From NCBI RefSeq assembly GCF_006345805.1, contig NC_043021.1, positions 28,334,001-28,398,000 on the forward strand: a stretch of DNA of 64,000 nucleotides, in the 5' to 3' direction. The notes under the pieces are model-generated. The model was not told the DNA's origin, ran no database searches, and saw nothing but the letters and a program-made list of their open reading frames with translations. Source of the DNA: Octopus sinensis. Its lineage: Eukaryota. The stretch's first letter is position 1. The number at the start of each line of letters is the position of its first letter. Positions 28,162-39,771 of the stretch are shown here, one piece after another. Made by a program: the position numbers and the translations under genes.

Positions 28162-28360
28162 TGCATATATATATATTATATATATATATACATATTACGA
28201 CAGGCTTCTTTCAGTTTCCGTCTACCAAATCCACTCACAAGGCATTGGTCGACCCGGGGCTATAGCAGAAGACACTTGCCCAAGATTACACGCAGTGGGA
28301 CTGAACCCGGAACCATGTGGTTGGTTAGCAAGCTACTTACCACACAGCCACTCCTGCCCC
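27730..28360 (-). mobile_element. SINE family A with expanded internal (TA)n
   Basis: 3' half about 27730-27935 and 5' half about 28195-28360, separated by about 260 bp of TA repeat at the usual internal tract. Confidence 0.85.
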
Positions 28361-28367
28361 TACATAT

Positions 28368-28502
28368 GAACGGCAACGTGAAACTCAGAGTAACAGGTTT
28401 TGTAGAATTTTCTGCTGCTTTAAATAAAGCATATTACTCTACCACTGGTATTTGAGTACTCTTTTTTACCACCTTGTTTCACATTTATGTGCTTACTCCG
28501 GT
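28368..28502 (+). mobile_element. Penelope-type terminal repeat fragment (same family as 32672-32820)
   Basis: gaacggcaacgtgaaactcagagtaaca..taaataaagcatattactctacc..tttatgtgcttactccggta. Confidence 0.75.
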
Positions 28503-28524
28503 ATATATATATATATATACACAC

Positions 28525-28604
<80 letters not shown>

Positions 28605-29015
28605 ACAAATTGAGATAGGGGTTGTAAATGCAACCCTCTATGGGATAACGTATATCCAAATACTGTTAATGAAGTACCCAACAAAGTTAATACATAAATG
28701 TTAATGATTGCGATGCAATCAATTCATTCACTGTATTATATGGCCAAAGGTAAAATGATTTACCACAAATACAAGATAAGAAAATGGAGAAATACATCTA
28801 AATCAAATATCAATTACCAGATAATACTCAATCACATACTTTATTAAACCACCACATAAGAGACAGTAGGGTTAAATATAAAAAGCAGAACAAATCAGTG
28901 TACATAATGGAATGTACATAAAAAAGTGTACATAAAAGAGTAATGTATAATAAGTAGAATATATATATAAAAGAGAATATAAATACAAGTAAATATAAAT
29001 ATAAGTATAAATTAG

Positions 29016-29141
29016 ATCTTACAGCTGTTTCGGCCATGTCGATAATTATGTCTCATTTTACCAATATTAGCCCTTTATGGTTGGTCAATATATAGATATA
29101 AATGAGACATTAACAAAATATCACAAGGCCTCTTCGGAGAT
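29016..29141 (-). ncRNA. Type I hammerhead ribozyme motif with long stem II
   Basis: Minus strand atct-CCGAAGA-ggcc...ggcc-GAAAC-agct-GTA-agat; stems I, II and III all pair. Confidence 0.7.
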
Positions 29142-30441
29142 TATGTAATATAACTCAGTCTACATATATACCCACATGGTGTGGGTGCGTACCCACAATA
29201 CAACATATATATATACATATGAGTGCATATACTCACACTCCTATACATATAAAAATATACATTTACATAATGATATAAATAAATAATATAAATTAGTAAA
29301 CATATATATGTGTTCCACACTCAATGTCTCAGTTTTTCGACTTAATACTGTGATATTAAACATACGCAAATTAATACCTAGATGCAAATATACATAGTCA
29401 ATAGTACATTATATTACTTCATAATAGTTTCTAAAGTGTCATTAAAGTTAGTATCATTATCGTTGTCATTACAATTAATGTTATCATTGTTATCATTCAT
29501 AATTTTATTAATAACTCTTACATTATGATCCAGAGCTGAATATATGTCCGTGTTCCAGTTAATAATTTTCCTTATGGCATAAATACACTATTGGATTTGA
29601 ATTTAAAATTATCATTATCTTCCTCACGGTTGGTCAATTCAGAACCGCCCGACCTCCACCACACCGTACAAGCAAAACATACACATCCACATCTAACCCT
29701 AAACCCATACATCCACACAGAGAATCACACACACATGTACACACGCATGAATACACCCCGACACATCTTTACAATAAATTGGAGAGTGCGTGTCTGTCAT
29801 CGTATGGCTTATAGACATATCAGTACAGGCAGCAGTGTCTAACACTAACACACACACTCACACGCACATCCGCATATACGCATAAATATTAATACACTTT
29901 CCTATACTGTGTCAGGGAACTTTCGCACACACACATATATATATATATATATTTTTTAAATATATATCTGCGCACTCATACGTACAAATAAAACCCATAT
30001 TTATATCTACCCATGAATGAATATTCGCATATACATATATACACATCCAAGTACGCACCTGCGTGCTTATATGTGTAATAAAAACATACATCCGTACCTC
30101 CACCCACGATCATACCTATATGTACAAAAACATATATACTTACACATACACATTTTCACACACCTACAGGGGTTAACCCTACAGTCTCTTATGTGGTGAT
30201 TTAATAAAGTATGTGATTGAGTATTATCTGGTAATTGATATTTGATTTAGATGTATTTCTCCATTTTCTTATCTTGTATATATATATATGTATATACATA
30301 CGACAGGCTTCTTTCAGTTTCTGTCAACCAAATCCACTCACAAGGCTTTGGTCGGCCCGAGGCTATAGTAAAAGACAGTTGCCCAAGGGGCCACGCAGTG
30401 GGACTGAACCCGGAACCATGTGGTTGGGAAGCAAGCTTTTT

Positions 30442-32195
30442 TATTGAGTGAAATTTGCCATGAATTCCTGCCATAGAGGTGACAGCACAAGTTGGGGACA
30501 AAAAAAAATAGAATGGAAAGAGTGAATTAATATAATGAAATATGAAATGAAGCCGTTCGGCTCCACCTCCGAGCGACTTCATTGAACCTGTTCATACCAC
30601 CATTATAAACTAGTTTATAATGTTTTTTTTCTATTATTATTAGCGACGCCTAATTACCACACTTCCGAAGAATGTTTACATTATATTCTTTTAAAATATC
30701 CTGAAAACTTACTTGTTTCGGCATTGAACTGGTTTCGAATTTCTTGACCCACCAATTATAGTCCTGATTTACCTCATGGTCCTTCACTTCCAACATATAT
30801 TCAGGGTCTGCCATTACACAGCGAATGTACTCGGGCACCCTTTCACTCCTGATACAGCCACTTTTATAGCATTATCCCACAAGTCTATCTTTGTCATATA
30901 GTTCTTCGTTTCGCCATTGTACAATATAAGGGCGAGGGTGGGGAAATTTGGGGCTCCTGCGTGCTTGTGTTTGTCTTCATGTCAGGTGCGGCATAATGAG
31001 GGCTGGTGTCTGTAGGAGGTGGTTAGGGGTAAAGTGGGTGTGGGTGTGGGTGCGAGTCGGGTGGGTGTGAGTGGGAATCGGATGGGAGTCGGGTGGGGAT
31101 GGGATGGGGTTCGTCATTTTCAGTGTGTGCCTCTTTTCTCATTGCTTTCTTTCTCCCAGCTGTTTCCCATTCATTGTCCATCTCCTCTTCTTCGACGGTA
31201 GTACTGGTCTTTGTCTGTGGTGCCACTTCACTCTCCCTTTTCACAACCTCCACGGGCAGTGGAGCACCAGCCACTTTCTGACTCTCTTGTCTTTCCTTAG
31301 CTTCCTCAGGTGGTGGAGAACAATCTGCTCTAATGTGGCTTTTTAGGCCACATTTATAGTACCGCGAAATCCTTCCATCCACTCTGACTTTCAGTGTTGC
31401 GTCTCCGACCGTAATAGTCTCTACCATATTTTCGATATCTTCCACGGCAACCTGTACCACCATATCGAGGCTTTGTCCTTGCCAGTTCCTGTGGGATTTT
31501 CTAGTGGCCTGGAGGACCACCACCTTCTCCTCCTTACTTAACAGTATGGCAGCTACCAGCCAGGCTACATCCACTTCAGGGGGGTATGTCTTTTACCCTA
31601 ACACTGGAAGCACATCTCTCACGGTATACAGAGAGAAGCACCACTTCATCAGTTCTCAACTATGTTGCTGAGGGCAGCCTGGCAGTAGCTACCTCCCGAA
31701 ATCGCTCCTCCACTCTCCCAAATTTTCTTCCTCTGGCAAAGTAGGAAATTCCTGGCCAGACTAGTTTAAGCGCCCTTTCTACTTGAGCCGTCGTCAGGAT
31801 TTCAGTCTTCCGAGCTGCTACCGAGTACGTTCTGTAAATTATTTCCTTTAACCCTTCTTTGGGAGGGGAACACCTTTACATTGTACCCCTCCCTTTTAAT
31901 CATTTCCTTGAATTTGCTTGTATCCTCCAGCCACATGTCTTCCCTTCTTTCTTTGTTGCCTCTGCATAATTTTTAGACTCCATCCTCTTCAAACACTCCA
32001 CCATTTCTTCCTCAGATGACACACAGTCTGAAGAAGGATAGTTCAGAAAGTCTGAAGAAGAAGAATTCAAAACTTCACAACTCCTCGCCCGACGCCTCTC
32101 CATTAAACAAGAGGGAAAATGTTGCACCGCCAAGGCAGCAAACAAAAGACGGTGTTACACTCAAAACCAACAATTCGACTGACAAACGCTATACC
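30442..32195 (-). mobile_element. ORF1-only non-autonomous non-LTR retroelement (Tx1/L1-type, HAL1-like), element 2
   Basis: Imperfect about 15-16-bp TSD (gggaagcaagcttttt 30426-30441 / ggtagcaagcttctt 32196-32210); decayed gag-like ORF; 3' end ..cactcaataa; no EN/RT motifs seen. Confidence 0.8.
30650..32103 (-). pseudogene. ORF1/gag-like protein homologous to 25343-26560; frameshifted
   Basis: NYAEATKK..YRTYSVAARKTEILTTAQVERALKLVWPGISYFARGRKFGRVEERF..VLLSVYRERCASSVRVKDIP(fs)PEVDVAWLVAAI..LKVRVDGRISRYYKCGLKSHIRADC..EWETAGRKK. Confidence 0.8.
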
Positions 32196-32463
32196 GGTAG
32201 CAAGCTTCTTAGCACACAGCCACTCTTGCGCTTATATATGTATGTGTATATATATATACACACATTTATAAATGCATGTGTGCTAATTTACGTGCATACC
32301 TCTCCTGTTATGTAACTATAAATATTCATATGTATATAAGTATATGTGTACATATATATATATATACTAATACAATTGTTTGTTTGTATTCCACCTGCCT
32401 TCGTCTTTTGTTTATTTCCGTAAACCTGCCTTCGTCTTTTGTCTATTTTCATAAAGCTTCCCG

Positions 32464-32569
<106 letters not shown>

Positions 32570-32571
32570 CT

Positions 32572-32818
32572 ATTTAAAAGCCGCAGAAATTTCACAAAAA
32601 ATGTTACTCAGAGTTTCACGTTCCCGTTCGTCGGACAGTTTTTTTGGAATATTGTGGTGGTGCATTCTAACGAAACTGTCCGACGAACGGAAACGTGAAA
32701 TTCTGAGTAACAATTTTTTGTGATATTTCTGCTACTTTTAAATAAAGCATATTACTCTACCTCTGGTATTTTAGTACTCTTTTTTCCACCTTGTTTGATA
32801 TTTATGTGCTTACTCCGG

Positions 32819-32820
<2 letters not shown>
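32572..32820. mobile_element. Inverted pair of Penelope-type terminal repeats with HHR motif in each arm
   Basis: Arms about 32573-32641 and 32673-32741; tgt-CCGACGA-acg-ggaa-cgt-GAAA-ctc-t-gag-TA-aca. Confidence 0.75.
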
Positions 32821-32859
<39 letters not shown>

Positions 32860-32863
<4 letters not shown>

Positions 32864-34620
32864 CATTTTTCCTTCGACAAGCTAAGTAACATTTTATTGA
32901 GTATCTATATTATTTGGATTTTGAATAGTTGTTTGAAATTATTATTATCATTGTTTTTGAAATAATATTATTTATTTATAGTTTCTTGATAGTTATTAGT
33001 TACGATCGTTTTTAGTTATGATATCTATTTATTTTTATAAAGGGATTTAACGTATTACATATAATTTAATTTGTGAATTAGTTTCGTTAGACTGTACATT
33101 ATTTAATAATTAGGTAATATTTTTATTAAGTAGTATTACATTTAAGTAAATTAATTTTTATATTAATTAATATTGTGTTCAACTATATTATCGTGCGAAA
33201 TATAAAATCTATACAGACTACATATATATTAATAATATAGTTAGTTTATATAATGGGTATATATTTGAACCATTTCCTATTTTTGACTGTATTATTCATG
33301 ACCAGTAATAGCATTGGGTATATTAATAAGACGCTAAAACATATTTTTATACAATTAAAATCCAGATAGATCAATTTAATCGATAAACTTCGTAACATTG
33401 TTTGTTTATCAATATTATTTGGATCTTGTATTTTATTGAATTTGGTTGTTGTTGTTATTATTATTATTGTTATTGATTGGATTTGTAGTAAACTGTCGGT
33501 TGTAGTTGAATGTCTTCATAGTGTATTGTTAATTTGTTCTAATATTTTTTGCACCTTTCTTTAATTTATGGGGCTTAGATGTTTTTGTTATTTTTCATTA
33601 GTAAATAATTTTCGCCATTATATCATTTTTATATTGATAGTTAAGTTATGATAGTTATTAATTAATTATTATATCTATCTATTTAGAATGATTTGTTATT
33701 ATTTTTATAAAAAGATTAACGTATTACATTTAATTTAATTTGAGAATTAATTTTGTTAAACAATATATTATTTAGTAATTAGGTGGTATATTTATTAAGT
33801 AGTATTAAATTTAAGTAAATTAGGTTTTATATTAATTGATATTTTGGCCAACTATATTATTGAAGGATATATTAAATCTATAGAAACTACACATATATAT
33901 TAATCATATATAGTTAGTTTACTTAATGAGTGTGTCTATATTTGAAACATTTCTTATTTTGATTCCAGTATTAATAGTTTGTACTAGCATTGTGTACATT
34001 AATTAATTTTAAGGTTTTAGTATTAATTGCTTAATGGGTATTAGACTGTATTTGGATGTTTATTAGATAAGTATATTAATTAATAATCTAATTTAATGTA
34101 TATAATTTAAAGTATTGTATTTAGTTTTCACTTAATGTATATTTAGTATCTTACATATATATATATTTTAAAGAATATATTTATCTTTTAAAAGATTATT
34201 TACGTATATTTATTAATTAATTATTTTATTATTGTAGTTTATTTTGAACCTGATGAGTAGCTATATTTATATTGAAGTAATTTTACTACGACTACTAATT
34301 TTTTTTACTATAATCATTTCTTAAATATAGCCACGAAACACGTGTCGTTATTCTACCAAATATATACGTTTTATTTATTATTTTGCACATTACTTAATCA
34401 TCGGTATATTATTGTCATTTTATATTTAATATTTCTATTCTATTATATGAATTTTTCTTGATGGTGTAATTTAACTGTTCATTTTGAATTGAAAAAACGT
34501 GTTTTTTCTAATTTTTATATATATATTATATTTTGTGAAATTTGATTTAGTATTTCTAACTTGAATTTTTCACTGTAAGTTAGGAATAATGTTCCCTCAA
34601 ATTATTATTATTATATTATT
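32860..34620 (+). repeat. Extremely AT-rich segment with an about 330-bp diverged direct duplication, ending in an HHR
   Basis: taacgtattacat..tttattaagtagtatta..tttaagtaaatta..caactatattat..aaatctata at about 33030-33300 and 33700-33990. Confidence 0.7.
34246..34350 (+). ncRNA. Type I hammerhead ribozyme motif
   Basis: aac-CTGATGA-gtagctatattta...taaatatagccac-GAAAC-acgt-GTC-gtt. Confidence 0.75.
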
Positions 34621-34673
34621 ATTATTATTATTATTATTTATTATTATTATTATTATTTATTATTATTGTTATT

Positions 34674-34712
<39 letters not shown>

Positions 34713-34748
34713 ACATACATATACAGTAAAACATATATGTATGTATCT

Positions 34749-34958
34749 TTTTTACTCTAGACACAAGGCTCAACATTTTTGGAGGAGGGGCCAGTCGATT
34801 AGATCGACCCCGGTACGCAACTAGTGCTTAATTTATCGACCCCGAGAGGATGAAAGGCAAAGTTGACCACGGCGGAATTTGAAATCAGAAAGTAAAGAAA
34901 GACGAAATACAGCTAAGCATTTCACCCGGCGTGCTAACGTTTCTGCCAGCTCCCCGCT
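34749..34958 (-). mobile_element. SINE family B, near full length
   Basis: ttttactctagacacaaggc..ccagtcgattagatcgacccc..ggatgaaaggcaaagttgacc..tttctgccagctccccgc. Confidence 0.85.
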
Positions 34959-35444
34959 TTGTATGTATGTATGTATGTATGTATGTATGTATGTATGTAG
35001 GTATGTATACAAACTCAGTCACAGAAATACTCTGAGACTGAGTATATATATGCACAGAGTGAGACACACAGACATACATTAGGTGGATATGTTTTACGAA
35101 GTCAACTGTACATAGATATATCACTAGCATCAGTAAACAGACACATCAAATTATGAGATCAAATCTCTGCAACGCTTAATTGCTGTTGTTGTGTTAGTCG
35201 TTGGTGCCGATGTACTGATAATAACATTAGCAGAAATTCTCAAGCGTGGTGGTATTAACTATATATATATATATATAAATTTCCTTTCCTGAGCGTCCAA
35301 TAACACTATACTTGTTCCACGTCTCCACGTGATTGTGATTTCTCTTTGTGTTTTCATGTTTGGATTAACTATATATACATATAGTTATATATTAACTACC
35401 TTATATATATATGTATATATATATTAATATATTATATATAATAT

Positions 35445-35495
<51 letters not shown>

Positions 35496-35662
35496 ATATA
35501 TATATATGTATGTATAAATATATATGTGTGTACATATATACTCATATTATTTATATGCATATATATATAGATATATATAGAATCATACATATGTATATAT
35601 ATGTGTGTGTGTTTGTGAGTGTGTGTGAGTGCGTGTGTGTATGTGCGTGTGTGAGGGTATAT

Positions 35663-35693
<31 letters not shown>

Positions 35694-36133
35694 CATATAT
35701 GTGCGTATTTACATACATATATACGTATATACATTTATAAAAATGTGTTTATATATATATATATATATACACATACATATATGCGTATATATTATATATA
35801 TATATATATAAGTACATATACATATAACCATATATATATATATTATATATTAATATATATATATATATATATATATATAATAATAATATATATATATATA
35901 TAACATACATATATATATGCATACACATATATCCATATATACATATATATATATATTTGAATGTGTTTATACGTACATATATATATCGTTTAGTTTCATA
36001 CATCATCTCACCATAGATATAAAAAGAGAAAAGAGCATAAACATACACAGGCACACACGCACGCATACGCCCACACACACATATACATGCACGTGCACCC
36101 TCCACCTAAGTATATATATATATATATTATATA

Positions 36134-39100
36134 TAAATCCTTAAATCCTTAAAAATGTTTTAGCCCGAAGGCCGCGGCCATGCTGGGGCACCACCGCTGA
36201 ATGAGCTACACTAATTTGTGAATCCACCTCTGATACGTGGCACTTGATCAACAAGGGAGTTCGATGCTGCTGCCCGCATCCGCGTCTCCTGTCGTGAGGT
36301 AGGTTCATATGGGACTCCCGACAAGAAGAGATCCAGTTTAGTTTTAAAGAAACCCACATCCACACCATGTAAGTCTCTCAGGCATTTAGGGAGGATGTTA
36401 AAGAGCTGTGGTCCTCTGAAACCCAAGCTGTTGCAGTATCTGGACCTGTATTTTGATGGTGATGTTGGAATCCTTGGCACCATGCAGTGGTGCCCCGTTC
36501 TGCGGTTGGAGTAACTTTGAATGCCAAAGTTTGGGACAAGACCCTCCAGGATTTTCCAGATGTATATCACCACATATCTCTCCCGCCTCCGCTCTAGGGA
36601 GAAGAGGTTTAATACCTTCAGTCTTTCCCAGTAGCTGATATTTTGCATTGAGACGATTTTCTTTGTGTAGCTTCTCTGAATTGCTTCGAGTTCTGTTGTT
36701 AGTTTTATATTGTGTGGTGACCAAAGTTGGGAGCAGTAGTCCAAGCGGCTGAGGACGAATGTTTTCCATAGGACCATCAGTGTCTCCTTCTCTCTTGTTC
36801 TGAAAGTTCGGAGAATCCATCCAGCTAGCTGTCTGCATTTTATCACCAGATTAGCAATATGCATTTGGAAAGATGCATCATTGCTCATGTCAATGCCCAG
36901 GTCACGCACTGATTTTGACTCAGGGATTGCAATTCTTCCTGGGCCAGTGTATCCAGTCTTCACGTCATTTACCTTTGTGTGCCAGTAACGCAGGGCCTGG
37001 AACTTACCTGCATTAAACTGCATGTTGTTGTCCTAAGCCCACCTGTATATTGTGTCCAGCTCATGTTGCAGATGCGCAATATTTTCAGGGTTTTGTATTG
37101 CGTGGGAGACTTTTGTGTCATCTGCATAGCTAGCAAGGGTGGTCATCGTAGCAACTGAAGGCATGTCTGAAAGGGCCACTATGAACATCAGTGGCCCCAA
37201 GACAGTGCCCTGTGGGACACCGCTTGTTATTTCCGTTTCCTTGGAGGTGGCTCTATTGCTCACAACTACCTGTTTTCTGTCTTTTAGGAAGTTGTGCAGC
37301 CACTCTCCAAGTTTCCCGCCTATGCCGAGACCACGCAGTTTGTGACAGATCATACCATGGTCGACTTTATCAAAGGCTTTTGCAATGTCGAGATATATTA
37401 CATCCACATTTGAGCCATTTAGTAGCTGTTTCAACACCCAGTCATAGTGTTGCAGGAGCTGTGTTAGGCAGCCTCTACCTGGTCGAAATCCATGTTGGGT
37501 GTCAGACAGCAACTCATTTTCTTCAAGGAACATGATTAGTTTCTTACGGACTATTCGTTCCATGACTTTGCTGATGTGTGAGGTCAGAGAGATAGGCCTA
37601 TAATTTTTAGCATCTGCTCTGCTACCTCCCTTATGGGTAGGGCATATTACCCCCTCTTTCAATTTGACTGGGAGCTTACCACATGCAAGAAAGCTCTGAA
37701 AAAGAATCTGTAGCGGTTTTGCAAGGGCTCGTTTGCACGATTTGAGAAGGATCGCTGGGAATCCATCAGGTCCAGCAGCTGAGTTTGTGTCAATCTCATC
37801 AATGGCTAGTGTGATATCATCATCTTCGATGTTGATGTACTCAATTTTTGTCTCTTTGGCCGCAGGTAAAGTGGCAAAGAATTCTTCTGGGTTGTTTACT
37901 TGCCTGTGTCCTAGAGATGTAGTAAACACACTTTGGAACTGTTCGTTCAGTATTTCACTTATCCTCGTGGGATTTCCTGTGAGAGAGCCATCTTTTTGAA
38001 AGAGAGGTCCTATTCTCTGGTGCACTGTGGCTGTCTCTTTGGCAAACTTAAAGAAAGCTTTAGGGTTTGATTTTCTATTTTCTATTACCCAAGCTTCTTT
38101 ATCTGCTCTCTCCTTTTCATGGGACTGATGTAGACTTTTCTCAGTTTCCATTAGCATTCTTTCGAGCCGAGACTTCTCACCACTTTTGGTGTGCTTGCTC
38201 AGGCGGTTTGCAATCCTTGTCCGTTGTCTCATAAGAATCCTCCTTTCTCTAGGGATCCTGTTTTTGTTCTTGTGTGTGCTGGCCCTGCACACTGGGACAT
38301 ATTTGTCACATATGGCTTGTATTATGGACATGAAGTGTTTGTGTTTCATGTTTATGTCCGGTGTGGAGAGACATTCAGGCCAATCCTGTTTGAGGATATC
38401 TTTCTCAATCAACTTCCAGTTGGCTTTATGAAAGTTTAAGTTGGAGAGATGGTGGGTGCTTCGTATAGGCTGTGAGCCTACGGGGGCTTTTGTTCCATAC
38501 ATAGACAACTCTATTATGTTGTGATCCGAGATCATTGTCGGCATCGCATTAACATTATGGATAATATCCATATTGTTTGTGAAGCAGAGATCCAGTATAT
38601 TATCTGCCCTTGTTGGTTGCAGAACTATTTGCTCCATGAAAGAGGCATTTGTGAGATGGAGCAGGGACTCCACCTGTGCCTGCTGATGGTGTGTCATCCC
38701 TGGGAGCATCTGCCCCACCAGGCCATTCCACATTGGGGAGGTTAAAATCACCCATGAAGAATACACTGTTGTGCTGTTCAAGGTTGGTGAGGACTTCTCC
38801 TATTTTTGTTAGGCAGTCTTCAAACATGCCTGAGTGTTTTGGGGCATCTGGTGGGCGATATGTAGTGCATATGACGATATTCAGTTGCCTTATGTGTACA
38901 ATTTGAGTTTCACATACTGAGTTTGAATATGACAGCAGGACCTGGGGCGTGAGGTCATCTCGGATGTACATTGCAATTCCACCATGGCTCCTCCCTTTTC
39001 TATCTGTGCGTATGACTGCATATTGCGGCATGTGTATTTCTGCATCACCTATATCGGGTCCAAGATGCGTTTCTGTGAGTGCCATGCATATAGCTTGATT

Positions 39101-39180
39101 GCATGTCACAAGGTCTCTCAGGAATGAAATTTTTTTTTACAGTTTCCGCGCAGCAGCCCTCCTACATTCAGTAGAAAGAA
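36134..39180 (-). mobile_element. CR1-group LINE, 5'-truncated at the start of ORF2 (APE endonuclease + reverse transcriptase), inserted in (TA)n
   Basis: APE motifs ALTETH, GGIAMY, YRPP, GDFNLP, NILDL, ISDH; RT motifs AAGPDG, NYRPISLTS, QHGFRPGR, YLDIAKAFDKVDH, GVPQGTVLGP, YADD, DLG; short 3' UTR with stem-loop and 8-bp terminal repeat (TTTAAGGA)2. Confidence 0.95.
36211..39175 (-). pseudogene. LINE ORF2 (EN-RT) with one in-frame TAG (37033-37035), a frameshift near 38720 and another near 39130
   Basis: ORF-track segments 38600-39109, 37033-38781 and 36211-37023 join into one EN-RT protein. Confidence 0.9.
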
Positions 39181-39240
39181 ATATTTTACATAATATATAT
39201 ATATATATATTATTGGAGGTTTGGCGATGATGTACAGGAT

Positions 39241-39525
39241 TATATATTAGAAGAAATGAGGTAATCAGAAGATCGGATGGTTTATATTTACAGATATTTA
39301 TTTATATATTACATTTTTTATATATATATATCATATCAGTTAGATTATTAGCGCTTTCTCCCATTCTAGTGGGGTTTTCAAATCAAAATAAGTTCCTTTG
39401 TGAGGAATCTTAATCATTTTATAGAGTTTCGTAGTGGTGGGGAGGAATATAAGACAGTACAAGAGGGTGATGTGGATGAGGAGAAAGTGAGAGAGAGAAC
39501 ATGTGTGTATGTGTATGTGTATGTT

Positions 39526-39561
<36 letters not shown>

Positions 39562-39739
39562 CACCAATATTAAATGTTCTACTATATTATATTGTAAATC
39601 GAACGACACCTCTTTCAGGAGGTATATGGAAAAATATTTCATAGCTAAGTTCTCCCCCAAATTAAATGGCTGAAACTTTTCTCATCATACATTGAAGGAC
39701 AAATCTTTAGATTTACAATATAATATAGTAGAACATTTA

Positions 39740-39771
<32 letters not shown>

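Larger units (their letters stand above)
30300..32232 (-). mobile_element. SINE family A split by an insertion (head 32196-32232, continuation 30300-30441)
   Basis: Minus strand aagcgcaagagtggctgtgtgctaagaagcttgctacc | insert | aaaaagcttgcttcccaaccacatggttccggg. Confidence 0.85.

Noticed and set aside
36141-38906. Plus-strand and alternate-frame ORFs over the LINE
   Set aside because: Shadow ORFs of the EN-RT reading frame.
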